Positions 38,581 to 47,627 of a DNA stretch of 64,000 nucleotides are shown here, in pieces. Within the stretch, counting starts at the first letter, position 1; every line of letters begins with the position of its first letter. Made by a program: the position numbers and the translations under genes. The notes under the pieces were generated by a model. It was not told the DNA's origin. It did not search any database and saw nothing but the letters and a program-made list of their open reading frames with translations. Source of the DNA: Candidatus Parcubacteria bacterium (GTDB taxonomy: Bacteria; Patescibacteriota; Patescibacteriia; Patescibacteriales; UBA12465). The stretch is taken from positions 241,786 to 305,785 of the forward strand of contig JAEZRQ010000006.1 in NCBI GenBank assembly GCA_023444045.1, given 5' to 3'.

Positions 38581-38629
38581 TTTTTAGTTAGAATAGAATT
38601 ATTAACAACTAAAAATAGGAGGTTAGACT

Positions 38630-38917
38630 ATGACTTTTGAAAAAACCAGAGACCGAGCAGATTTTCTCATCTTTAGCTCAACGATCAGTATTTATATTCC
38701 AAAGAATACTTATCACGAGGCAAATGAAGAGGACAAGTGTCTTGAAAGAGCTCGGCGGCTTGATTCCGATCTATATCGTCGTAAAAATGGCGTTATTGTT
38801 CGGGTAGTTGAACCGGGAAAATATTCCGCGATTGATGTGCGCCGAACTAAGGCACAAATGTCGCCGGAGATGTTGGGTAATGATCCCCTGGTGCCGGGGA
38901 TAAAGGTCAACTATTAA
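38630..38917 (+). CDS. Hypothetical protein (95 aa), monocistronic, with a canonical Shine-Dalgarno
   Basis: The ATG is preceded by ATAGGAGGTTAGACT (GGAGG, ~8 nt spacing). It has its own promoter and terminator. No family recognised. Confidence 0.55.
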   Translation: MTFEKTRDRADFLIFSSTISIYIPKNTYHEANEEDKCLERARRLDSDLYRRKNGVIVRVVEPGKYSAIDVRRTKAQMSPEMLGNDPLVPGIKVNY

Positions 38918-38935
38918 AAAAACAAAATAAAGGAG

Positions 38936-38964
38936 AAGGAGCTTCACAATGGAGCTCTTTTTTT
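38936..38964 (+). terminator. Rho-independent terminator after the 95-aa ORF
   Basis: AAGGAGCT-tcacaatgg-AGCTCTTTTTTT. Confidence 0.7.
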
Positions 38965-39013
38965 CTTGCTAAAAAATTGAAATAAGAGTAAAATTAGGTG
39001 GTAAAATAATGAA

Positions 39014-39039
39014 AAAAGGGAGTATTTCCTTTTATTTTT
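39014..39039 (+). promoter_or_regulatory. Terminator-like hairpin in the aspS leader, overlapping a 10-codon mini-ORF (39009-39041)
   Basis: AAAAGGGA-gtat-TTCCTTTT then ATTTTT. Mini-ORF MKKGSISFYF is preceded by AGGTGG (38996-39001) with 7 nt spacing. A promoter-like TTGCTA/17 nt/TAAAAT lies at 38966-38994. Confidence 0.35.
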
Positions 39040-39065
39040 AAGCGATTTAATCATTTTTTAATTTT

Positions 39066-40367
39066 ATGTCAAGAATCATGATTGCCGAAGCGAAAAAACA
39101 AGGGCGGGGAGAAGTTTCTTTAGCTGGTTGGGTTAGAAATTTACGTATTCATAAAGGTTTAATTTTTATTGATTTAAGAGATTTGTCTGGGCAGATGCAG
39201 TTAGTTGTCTTAGAACAAAGTGATTGTTTTAGCGAAGCAGAAAAATTAACTCTTGAAAGCGTGGTCTCTGTTTCTGGCACGCTTCAGGAAAAACCCGCTA
39301 AGAAAGGGGATGACTCTGGAATTAAAGATTTTGAATTATTAGTTAACTCTTTAGAAATATTATCTTTGGCTAATGAGAATTTACCGATTCCAGTTCTAAA
39401 TAAAATTGATAATGAAGCGGATATTGACTTGCGTTTTGATTATCGTTGGCTTGATTTGCGTCACGAAGATCGTCAGTTGATCTTTAAGACCTGGAGTAAG
39501 TTAGAGGAAGGTTTCCGTGAAGAATTTGCGAAACTTGGTTTCATGCAGATTTATACTCCATGTTTTATGAGCACCTCTTCAGAGACAGGGGCTGACGTTT
39601 TTGAGGTTAAATATTTTGACCGTAAAGCTTATCTTTCCCAATCCCCACAATTTTATAAACAAATGGCGATTGCTTCCGGGTTGGAAAAAGTATTTATGGT
39701 TGGTCCGGTTTTTAGAGCCGAGAAATCTTTTACCACCCGTCATGTGACCGAATTTACCGGTTGGGATTTTGAATTTGCCTTTCTTAATTCCCATCATGAC
39801 ATCATGGATGTTGAAGAAAAACTTTTAGTTACAGGGTTTAAAAAATTAAAAGAAGAGTTAAATTTAGATATTGAGGTTCCAGTGCAACCATTTCCACGTT
39901 TAACCTTGGCTGAAGTAAAAAAGAAATTAAAAGCAATTGGCGTAGAAAGTGAAAAAGAAGGCGATTTATCGCCAGAAGAAGAAAGAGAAATCTGTCGCTT
40001 AATTAAGGAAGAAAATGGTCACGACTTTATTTTTGTAACCGACTATCCAGCTGAAACTAGAGCTTTTTACCACATGCGCTATCCAGGAACTGATATTACA
40101 AAAAGTTTTGACTTGCTATATCGTGGTGTTGAGGTAACCACTGGTGCTCAACGAGAACACCGAGTAGAAGTTTTAGAAAAACAAGCTCTAGAAAAAGGAA
40201 TGAATTTAGATGAATTAAAAGATTATCTTAATTTCTTCCGCTTTGGCTGTCCACCTCATGGCGGTGTCGGTATTGGTCCGGCTCGTTTGATTATGAAAAT
40301 TTTAGATTTAAATAGCGTTAAAGAAGCTTGTTTCTTGCCCCGTGATGTTAGACGTCTAACTCCATAA
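39066..40367 (+). CDS. aspS: Aspartate--tRNA ligase, short archaeal/eukaryal type (no GAD insertion domain)
   Basis: 433 aa class IIb aaRS with YLSQSPQFYKQ, GPVFRAE, GAQREH, FGCPPHGGVGIGPARL and C-terminus FLPRDVRRLTP. Confidence 0.85.
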   Translation: MSRIMIAEAKKQGRGEVSLAGWVRNLRIHKGLIFIDLRDLSGQMQLVVLEQSDCFSEAEKLTLESVVSVSGTLQEKPAKKGDDSGIKDFELLVNSLEILSLANENLPIPVLNKIDNEADIDLRFDYRWLDLRHEDRQLIFKTWSKLEEGFREEFAKLGFMQIYTPCFMSTSSETGADVFEVKYFDRKAYLSQSPQFYKQMAIASGLEKVFMVGPVFRAEKSFTTRHVTEFTGWDFEFAFLNSHHDIMDVEEKLLVTGFKKLKEELNLDIEVPVQPFPRLTLAEVKKKLKAIGVESEKEGDLSPEEEREICRLIKEENGHDFIFVTDYPAETRAFYHMRYPGTDITKSFDLLYRGVEVTTGAQREHRVEVLEKQALEKGMNLDELKDYLNFFRFGCPPHGGVGIGPARLIMKILDLNSVKEACFLPRDVRRLTP

Positions 40368-40390
40368 ATTATTAATTTAAATTTTTAAAT

Positions 40391-41782
40391 ATGTCTTATA
40401 CCTCAATTAAACAATTACACCGTGAAACGAGCAAATATTTAAATAATAATATTACCCTTGGTGCTTGGGTAAGAACTGTCAGATCATCAAAAGAATTTGG
40501 TTTTATGGAATTAAATGACGGTACTTTCTTTAAAGGAGTCCAAGTCGTTTTTGATAATACTTTGGCAAATTTTGCTGAGGTGGAAAAATTATCAGTCGGT
40601 TCTTCAATTGAAGTTGATGGCCTTTTAGTAGAATCACCAGCTGCCGGACAAGCTTTTGAATTAAAAGCTAAGCGGATTGTTATAATTAACCAAGCACCAG
40701 AAGATTATCCACTGCAAAAAAAGAAACATAGCTTTGAGTTCTTGCGCGAGATTGCTCACCTTCGTGGCCGATCAAACACTTTTTCAGCTGTCTACCGTCT
40801 AAGATCAACTTTGAGTTACGCTATTCATAAGTTTTTTCAAGAAGAAGGTTTTTCTTATGTTCATACCCCAATTATTTCCACTTCAGACTGTGAGGGGGCC
40901 GGGGAAATGTTTAACGTTACCACTTTAGACTTGGATAATATTTCTAAGACAGAAAAAGGTGAGGTTGATTATACTAAAGACTTCTTTGGGCAAAGAGCGG
41001 GTCTAACCGTGAGTGGGCAATTAAACGCCGAGGCTTTAGTTATGGGCTTAAATAAGGTTTATACTTTTGGTCCAACTTTTAGAGCGGAAAATTCCAATAC
41101 CACTAGACACGCTAGTGAGTTCTGGATGATGGAACCAGAGATGGCTTTTGCTGTTTTAGAAGACGACATGAATTTGGCGGAGAAAATGCTTAAATATTTA
41201 ATTAATTATGTTTTAAGCGAACTGCCTGAAGAGATGGAATTTTTTGATAAATTTATTGAACCAGGATTAATTGAACGCCTAAAAGCAGTGGCTAGTGCTG
41301 ATTTTGCGAGAGTAACTTATACTGAGGCGGTTGATTTGTTAATTAAATCTGGCGAGAAATTTTCCTATCCTGTGGAGTGGGGGATTGATTTACAAACCGA
41401 GCATGAACGCTATATTACTGAGAAAATTTTTAATAAGCCAGTTTTCTTAATTGACTACCCAAAAGACATCAAAGCTTTTTACATGAAATTAAATGATGAT
41501 GGTAAAACGGTTCGGGCGATGGATTTACTCGTTCCAGGAATTGGCGAAATTATTGGCGGCAGTCAGCGTGAAGATGATTATGATAAGCTAGTTAAAAGAA
41601 TGACGGAAATGGGCCTTAAGGTGGAAGATTATTCTTGGTATCTTGATTTAAGAAAATATGGTTCTGTGTCACACGCTGGTTTTGGTCTAGGTTTTGAAAG
41701 AGCAATTATGTACTTAAGTGGCATGGCTAATATTCGTGATGTGATTCCTTTTCCACGAACTCCTAGAAACGCTAAGTTTTAA
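40391..41782 (+). CDS. asnS: Asparagine--tRNA ligase
   Basis: 463 aa class IIb aaRS with [53 protein letters not shown] and C-terminus [11 protein letters not shown]. Confidence 0.9.
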   Translation: MSYTSIKQLHRETSKYLNNNITLGAWVRTVRSSKEFGFMELNDGTFFKGVQVVFDNTLANFAEVEKLSVGSSIEVDGLLVESPAAGQAFELKAKRIVIINQAPEDYPLQKKKHSFEFLREIAHLRGRSNTFSAVYRLRSTLSYAIHKFFQEEGFSYVHTPIISTSDCEGAGEMFNVTTLDLDNISKTEKGEVDYTKDFFGQRAGLTVSGQLNAEALVMGLNKVYTFGPTFRAENSNTTRHASEFWMMEPEMAFAVLEDDMNLAEKMLKYLINYVLSELPEEMEFFDKFIEPGLIERLKAVASADFARVTYTEAVDLLIKSGEKFSYPVEWGIDLQTEHERYITEKIFNKPVFLIDYPKDIKAFYMKLNDDGKTVRAMDLLVPGIGEIIGGSQREDDYDKLVKRMTEMGLKVEDYSWYLDLRKYGSVSHAGFGLGFERAIMYLSGMANIRDVIPFPRTPRNAKF

Positions 41783-41787
41783 AAATT

Positions 41788-42795
41788 ATGGCTTTTGTTT
41801 TTGTGTTTGTCATTTGCTCTTTAATTTTTTTAGGATTTTTAATCCTAGCCAGTGCTCTTAATAAAAATAACTCTAACAATATGAACAACAATGCTAAGTA
41901 TGCTTTTTACTACCTGTTGTCGCTAGTGGCTTTAATCTTTACGGCCTTATCGGTCGGGATTATTGCTTTTGGCATCATTGACCAGACAGTAATTGATGCC
42001 TTAAATTTTAGAAGGGGAATTAATGATTCTCTGAAATTTGCCATCTCTTCTTTAATTATTGCGACGCCAATTTTTTTCTTCATGCAACACTTGATTGTTA
42101 AAGGTTTAAAAAATGGGGAACTCAGTAAAGATTCTGGAGTTAGACGTTGGCTAACTTACTTTATTTTACTAGTTTCTTCGGTCACTATTTTAGGGGTGTT
42201 TATTAGTGTTATTAATAATTTTCTATCAGGGCAATTCACTTGGAATTTTATCTTAAAAGCCCTGAGTATGATTATAATTTCAGCCGTTGTTTTCTCTTTC
42301 TATTTTTATGATATTAAAAGAGAAGATATTACTTCAAAAAATGTTATTTTAAAAATATTTTTTAGTGGCTCTTTAATTATAATTATTGCCGCTTTTGTCG
42401 CTGCCTGGTTTTTTGTAGAATCACCAAAAGTGACTCGAGCCAAAAGACTTGATCAAAACATCATTAACAATATATCTTCTTTAGAAAATGCAGTGAATTC
42501 TTATTACCAGAAGTATGATAAATTGCCGGACACTTTAGAGGATGTAAAAAATAATCGTGATATTTATTTAGATCCGTTAGCATTAATTGACCGGGAAACT
42601 GGTGAATCAATTGTCTACCAGAAAACTGGCGACGAATCTTTTGAGTTCTGTGCTACTTTTAGAACTGATAACAAGAATATTGATCCTTTAAAAGACTTTT
42701 CTTATCTTGATATGACTAAGTCCCACGAGGCTGGCTATCAGTGTCTTAGCGCGGAATTATGGCCTAAAGCTGAGGCGACAAAAAGAATTGACTAA
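41788..42795 (+). CDS. Membrane protein (DUF5671-like multi-TM N-terminal part) fused to a pseudopilin-like C-terminal domain
   Basis: Five to six TM helices are followed by ISSLENAVNSYYQKYDKLPDTLEDV...DPL...YQKTGDESFEFCATF, reminiscent of type IV pilin/pseudopilin globular domains. Confidence 0.6.
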   Translation: MAFVFVFVICSLIFLGFLILASALNKNNSNNMNNNAKYAFYYLLSLVALIFTALSVGIIAFGIIDQTVIDALNFRRGINDSLKFAISSLIIATPIFFFMQHLIVKGLKNGELSKDSGVRRWLTYFILLVSSVTILGVFISVINNFLSGQFTWNFILKALSMIIISAVVFSFYFYDIKREDITSKNVILKIFFSGSLIIIIAAFVAAWFFVESPKVTRAKRLDQNIINNISSLENAVNSYYQKYDKLPDTLEDVKNNRDIYLDPLALIDRETGESIVYQKTGDESFEFCATFRTDNKNIDPLKDFSYLDMTKSHEAGYQCLSAELWPKAEATKRID

Positions 42796-42797
42796 TT

Positions 42798-43535
42798 ATG
42801 ATGGAATTAAACCTGGAAAAATTTCAAGGACCGCTGGGACTACTACTTAAATTAATTGAGCAGGAGGAGTTAGATATTACCGAAATTGCTTTAGCTAAAA
42901 TTGCCGATGAATATCTAGAGTATGTTAAAAGTTCTAGTCAGATTGACCCTGAAGAAATGGCTGATTTTTTAGTGATGGCAGCTCGTTTACTCTATATTAA
43001 GTCTAAGGCTTTGCTGCCATATTTAGTGAGTGCTGAGGAGGAAGAAGACATTAACGAGCTAGAGAAACAGCTCAAGATGTATAAGGAGTTTGTGGAGGCA
43101 AGCGTTAAAATATCGACCTTAATTGGGAAAAAGAAATTTCTTTTTTCACCGCTTATAATCAATAAAAATTTTAGACGTCCAAAAAAAGAAAAAACCTCTT
43201 TTGTTCCACCTAAGGGCCTAACAGCGATGTTACTAGCTGATCGGTTTAAAGAACTTTTAGAACGCTTTGCTGCTAAAGAAGAGCCATTAGCTGAAAAAAG
43301 CTTAGGAATTAAAATTAGTATTGAAGAACGGATTGATTATATTAGGGACATGTTATCTAAAAAAATTAGATTTAGTTTTTCTCAGTTTCTTAAAACGGCC
43401 AATAGTCGCACGGAAGTAATTGTTAATTTTTTAGCAGTACTTGAGTTAGCTAAACAAAGAGAATTAGTTTTTGAGCAAGATGAGCTTTTTAGCGAAATCC
43501 ATATTTTGTCTTATCACGATAATTTAAGTAATTAA
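42798..43535 (+). CDS. scpA: Segregation and condensation protein A
   Basis: FQGPLGLLLKLIEQEELDITEIALAKIADEYLEY is a typical ScpA N-terminus. Paired with scpB. Confidence 0.9.
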   Translation: MMELNLEKFQGPLGLLLKLIEQEELDITEIALAKIADEYLEYVKSSSQIDPEEMADFLVMAARLLYIKSKALLPYLVSAEEEEDINELEKQLKMYKEFVEASVKISTLIGKKKFLFSPLIINKNFRRPKKEKTSFVPPKGLTAMLLADRFKELLERFAAKEEPLAEKSLGIKISIEERIDYIRDMLSKKIRFSFSQFLKTANSRTEVIVNFLAVLELAKQRELVFEQDELFSEIHILSYHDNLSN

Positions 43536-43538
43536 TTT

Positions 43539-44084
43539 ATGAATTTATCTTCACAACTTGAGTCATTGTTATTTATTTCCAGTAAGCCTTTATCACTTAG
43601 AGAGATGGGGGAGTTAACTGGTGCTAAAGTTAAAGATATTGAGGCCACTTTGGATGAACTGGCTCATAGTTACAAAGAAGCGGCTCGCGGTTTCATCTTA
43701 ATTAAAAATAATAGCCAATATCAACTGACCACTGCACCGGAAAATTCAGACCTGGTTAGTAAGTTTTTAAAAGATGAAATTAGTGGTGAGTTATCGCAAC
43801 CAAGTTTAGAAGCTTTGACGATTATTGCTTATCGCGGACCAATCACTAAATTAGAACTGGAAAGAATTAGGGGTGTAAATTGTAGTTTAATTTTAAGGAA
43901 CCTACTAATCAGAGGATTAGTTGAAGAGAAAATTGATAAACAAAAGAACGAAAACTTTTATTCAGTTACCTTAGATTTTATTAAATTTTTAGGCATTTCT
44001 TCATTAGATGAATTGCCTGATTACGAGAAGTTACACCAAGAGGAGTCACTTGAGCAAGTGATTGCTCAGGATCTTAATGTTTAA
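43539..44084 (+). CDS. scpB: Segregation and condensation protein B
   Basis: LESLLFISSKPLSLREM...LSQPSLEALTIIAYRGPITKLELERIRGV is typical ScpB (winged helix). Confidence 0.9.
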   Translation: MNLSSQLESLLFISSKPLSLREMGELTGAKVKDIEATLDELAHSYKEAARGFILIKNNSQYQLTTAPENSDLVSKFLKDEISGELSQPSLEALTIIAYRGPITKLELERIRGVNCSLILRNLLIRGLVEEKIDKQKNENFYSVTLDFIKFLGISSLDELPDYEKLHQEESLEQVIAQDLNV

Positions 44085-44093
44085 TTTGCCTAA

Positions 44094-45020
44094 ATGATGT
44101 ATTTATCTTTGTTACTTAATTGTTTAACGGCTTTATTATTTTCTGACCTAGATTTAAAACCAAGTGATGTACTAGTCTTCTATGGGCAGTGTCGTCCGGC
44201 TATTGTTAAAAGGTTGCCAGGAAGCCAGAATCTAACGCCAGTAATAAAAAATCCGAGCGCTAGCGAGTTTAGCTTAACCGCTTCCAGTGCAGCGGTACTG
44301 TTACTGAAAAACAATTCTTTTTTATTTGAAAAAAATTCTGATTCACCGCAATCAATCGCTAGCCTAACTAAACTAATGACCGCTTTAGTGTTCTTAGAAA
44401 ATAATCCTGGTTTTGAGAAAGAGTATACTATTAAACGCGAAGACATTGTGCTTGGTGGTAAAAATAATTTATTTACCGGTGATACTTTAACACTAGAAAA
44501 TTTATTTCATACCAGCTTGGTGGCTTCTGATAATGTAGCTACTTTAGCTCTGGCTCGGTCAACTGGTTTAAGCGATGCTGATTTTGTTAAACTAATGAAT
44601 GATAAAGCCCTTAAGTTAGGTCTATTTAAAACTAAGTTTGTAGAGCCGACCGGATTATCTGACCGTAACGTTTCTACCGCTCGTGAAGTCGCTCGGTTAG
44701 CGAAAGAGGCTTTAGGACATCCGGAAGTTAAGGAGGCAACTATTAAGAAAGATTATGTTTTTACCACTAAGGAGGGGCGGGAAAAGAAAATTGATTCTAC
44801 TGACTACTTATTATATTCCGAGGTAGGCCCAGAAATTAACATTTTGGGCGGTAAAACGGGATATACCGAGAGTGCTGGTTATTGTTTTGTTGGCAAATTT
44901 TCTGATGATAGACAAGATGAGATTATTTCGGTAGTCTTAAATAGTAGCGGTAGAAATGACCGTTTTAAGGAAACCAAGTCATTGGTTGATTGGATATTTG
45001 CTAATTTTAAGTGGAATTAA
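44094..45020 (+). CDS. D-alanyl-D-alanine carboxypeptidase (S11 family, PBP5/6-like)
   Basis: SxxK (SIASLTKLMT), SxN (VASDNVA) and KTG (GGKTGYT) motifs in the right order. Confidence 0.85.
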   Translation: MMYLSLLLNCLTALLFSDLDLKPSDVLVFYGQCRPAIVKRLPGSQNLTPVIKNPSASEFSLTASSAAVLLLKNNSFLFEKNSDSPQSIASLTKLMTALVFLENNPGFEKEYTIKREDIVLGGKNNLFTGDTLTLENLFHTSLVASDNVATLALARSTGLSDADFVKLMNDKALKLGLFKTKFVEPTGLSDRNVSTAREVARLAKEALGHPEVKEATIKKDYVFTTKEGREKKIDSTDYLLYSEVGPEINILGGKTGYTESAGYCFVGKFSDDRQDEIISVVLNSSGRNDRFKETKSLVDWIFANFKWN

Positions 45021-45024
45021 TCTT

Positions 45025-45516
45025 ATGGCCCTGCTTGATAACTTTTATCAAAAACTAGCAACTTTCTTTAGTAAAAATTTTCCCAAAATTTATCAGCGTT
45101 TTTTTAAGGAAAGTTCTTTTGTCAGGTTTTTAATTTGCGGTTTAATTTCCGGTGGTATGGATTTGGTCTTCTTATTTATTTTTCACGATCTTTTTAATCT
45201 GGTAATTCTACTGTCCACTTCAATCGCTTTTATTCTGTCATTTTTAGTCAGTTTCTATTTGCAAAAAAAATGGACTTTCAATAATCAAGAGAAAAAAGTG
45301 CCACGCCAGTTAGTTCTTTATATGCTTAATGTTTTCTTAAGCCTTAACCTCAACGGATTGGCAATGCATTTATTGGTAACAGAGTTGAATATCTGGTACT
45401 TACTATCACAGTTAATTGTTAATATTGCTTTAGGAATTTTAAACTTCTATATTTATCAATTTATAATTTTCCGCCAAGAAGATGAAATTAATTATCAACA
45501 AAAACAAGCTTCCTAA
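45025..45516 (+). CDS. GtrA-family membrane protein
   Basis: About 160 aa with four TM helices. RFLICGLISGGMDLVFLFIF and WTFNN are typical of GtrA-like proteins. Start moved to ATG 45025 just after the upstream stop. Confidence 0.7.
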   Translation: MALLDNFYQKLATFFSKNFPKIYQRFFKESSFVRFLICGLISGGMDLVFLFIFHDLFNLVILLSTSIAFILSFLVSFYLQKKWTFNNQEKKVPRQLVLYMLNVFLSLNLNGLAMHLLVTELNIWYLLSQLIVNIALGILNFYIYQFIIFRQEDEINYQQKQAS

Positions 45517-45808
45517 TTTTAGCGCCGACGAATTTTTAAGGCGAGCGGGTTTTGCTTATATTTTTGATAATTTAAAGAATCATGGTTCTTATGTTAAACG
45601 CCTCAGCCGGGGGCACTATCCTAGGCTTCATGTTTATGTGATGGAAAAAAAAGATCAAGCGGGGCGAGAACTGATAGTGATTGAAATGCACCTTGATCAG
45701 AAAAAAGCTAGTTATGAAGGGGTTAAAATGCATAGTGCGGAATACGACGGTGAAGTGGTAGAAGCCGAGATTAATAATTTGAAGAATTTAATGCGTTTTT
45801 ACGTATAA
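45482..45808 (+). CDS. Hypothetical protein (108 aa) immediately upstream of dnaG
   Basis: ORF only. Overlaps the gtrA-like 3' end by 35 nt. Not S21-like. Confidence 0.5.
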   Translation: MKLIINKNKLPNFSADEFLRRAGFAYIFDNLKNHGSYVKRLSRGHYPRLHVYVMEKKDQAGRELIVIEMHLDQKKASYEGVKMHSAEYDGEVVEAEINNLKNLMRFYV

Positions 45809-45814
45809 AAAGAT

Positions 45815-47617
45815 ATGAATCCATCAGATGAAATAAAACAGAAGCTGGATATTGTGGATTTTATCAGGGAGTATATTCCGGTCAAGGCCGTGGGGGCTAA
45901 CTTTCAAGCTCTCTGTCCTTTTCATGGGGAAAAAACTCCTTCTTTTGTGATTTCGCCGGAGAAACAAATTTGGCACTGTTTTGGTTGCGGCAAAGGCGGT
46001 GATGTTTTCTCTTTTTTAATGGAGATGGAAAGCCTGTCTTTTCCGGAAGCGGTGCGTCAATTAGCCCCTAAAGTAGGAGTGGTGTTAAAAAGTGATAACC
46101 CAGAACTGCGCAGTCGTCGTAACCGCGTACTTGATATTTTAGCTCTTAGTACCAAATATTATCATCACCTACTTAAAACCTCAGTTGGAGCGGAAGCCTT
46201 AGCCTATCTTAAAAAACGCGGTTTAACTGACGAAGTAATTAGTGAGTGGCAAATCGGTTATAGTCAGAACTCTTGGGATGGTTTATTAAAATTTTTAAGT
46301 GCCCGTCCACTGGAAGGTCAAAAATATTCTTGGGCGGAAATATTTGAAGCCGGTTTATCAGTTAAAAAAGAAGGTACAACGGGTCGCTATTATGATCGTT
46401 TCCGCGACCGGATTATGTTTCCGATTAATGATTTAAGCGGCAATCCAATTGCTTATTCCGCGAGAATTAATCCCGCTTCAGTTGATGATAAAACAGGGAA
46501 GTATATAAATAGCGCCCAAAACAGTGTCTATGACAAAAGCCGGGTGCTCTTTGCTTTAGACAAGGCGAAAAATTATATTAAGAGTGAAGATTTAGTGATT
46601 GTCGTTGAGGGGCAGATGGATGCTATTACTTGTCACCAGTTTGGTTTTAAAAATACGGTTGCTTCTTCGGGAACGGCACTAACCGCTGAGCAAGTAGCCC
46701 TGCTTAAAAGATATACTAATAATATTGCTTTGTGCTTTGATGCCGATGCGGCCGGACAATTAGCGGCTGACCGAGGAATTAAGGAGGCGATGGCGGCACA
46801 GATGGATATTAAGGTAATTATTATTCCTAGCGGCAAGGACCCCGATGAAGCTTTGCGCAGTGATCCTGATTCTTTTGCTCGGGCGGTTAAAGAAGCGAAG
46901 CCAATGATGGAATATTATTTTGAGAAAGTTTGCCAGGGTTTAGATTTAACAATTGTCAAAAACAAAAAAGAAGTGGCCGCGAAAATGCTCGCCATGATTG
47001 CTAAATTGGCCAATAAGATTGAGGCTAATCACTGGTTGAAAGTCTTAGCTCAAGCTTTGGAAATTGACGAGAATGTTTTGCGTGAAACTTTACCTCAAGA
47101 GAAAATTAGTAATTTAGTAAGTAATGTAAAGGAAGAGAATGAGGTGACGGTTCGCCCTAGAGAAGCCCAGCTTAGTGAACTACTTATCGCTATTATGCTG
47201 CGCTTTCCGGAACTAACTAACTTAATTAGTAATAAAATTGAGCTGGAGTGGTTAAGTGATGAGGATTTACGCTCGTTTTACAAAAACCTGATTATTTATT
47301 ATAATAAAAATGCGGCTTTAAACTACGAAGAATTTAAAGACTACTTACAACAGGAGGCACCTAACTCCTTAAGTATTTTAGACCGTTTGATCCTTCTGGG
47401 AGAGAAGGATTTTTATGCGTATGAGGCTAGTGACGTTCAAGCGGAAATAATTAAAACTATTACTGAGCTCAAGAAATATTTTATTCAAAAAAAGATTGCT
47501 CAGGCGCAACGGGAAATGGCAGTAGCGGAAAAAGCTGGTGATGAGGAAAAGATCAATGAAATTTTGTCACAACTTAAGGCGCTTAATGATAGTCAGCGCG
47601 ATAATCAAATAAGTTAA
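45815..47617 (+). CDS. dnaG: DNA primase
   Basis: Zinc finger [34 protein letters not shown] and TOPRIM VVEGQMD / FDADAAG. Confidence 0.95.
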   Translation: MNPSDEIKQKLDIVDFIREYIPVKAVGANFQALCPFHGEKTPSFVISPEKQIWHCFGCGKGGDVFSFLMEMESLSFPEAVRQLAPKVGVVLKSDNPELRSRRNRVLDILALSTKYYHHLLKTSVGAEALAYLKKRGLTDEVISEWQIGYSQNSWDGLLKFLSARPLEGQKYSWAEIFEAGLSVKKEGTTGRYYDRFRDRIMFPINDLSGNPIAYSARINPASVDDKTGKYINSAQNSVYDKSRVLFALDKAKNYIKSEDLVIVVEGQMDAITCHQFGFKNTVASSGTALTAEQVALLKRYTNNIALCFDADAAGQLAADRGIKEAMAAQMDIKVIIIPSGKDPDEALRSDPDSFARAVKEAKPMMEYYFEKVCQGLDLTIVKNKKEVAAKMLAMIAKLANKIEANHWLKVLAQALEIDENVLRETLPQEKISNLVSNVKEENEVTVRPREAQLSELLIAIMLRFPELTNLISNKIELEWLSDEDLRSFYKNLIIYYNKNAALNYEEFKDYLQQEAPNSLSILDRLILLGEKDFYAYEASDVQAEIIKTITELKKYFIQKKIAQAQREMAVAEKAGDEEKINEILSQLKALNDSQRDNQIS

Positions 47618-47627
47618 TTCTTTAAAT

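Noticed and set aside
38985-39045. Possible T-box riboswitch upstream of aspS, because of AAAUUAGGUGGUAAAA followed by a terminator-like hairpin.
   Set aside because: The conserved T-box core (AGGGUGGNACCGCG) is incomplete because there is no ACCGCG. There is no room for Stem I or a specifier loop between the promoter-like element and the hairpin, and no antiterminator alternative pairing is evident.
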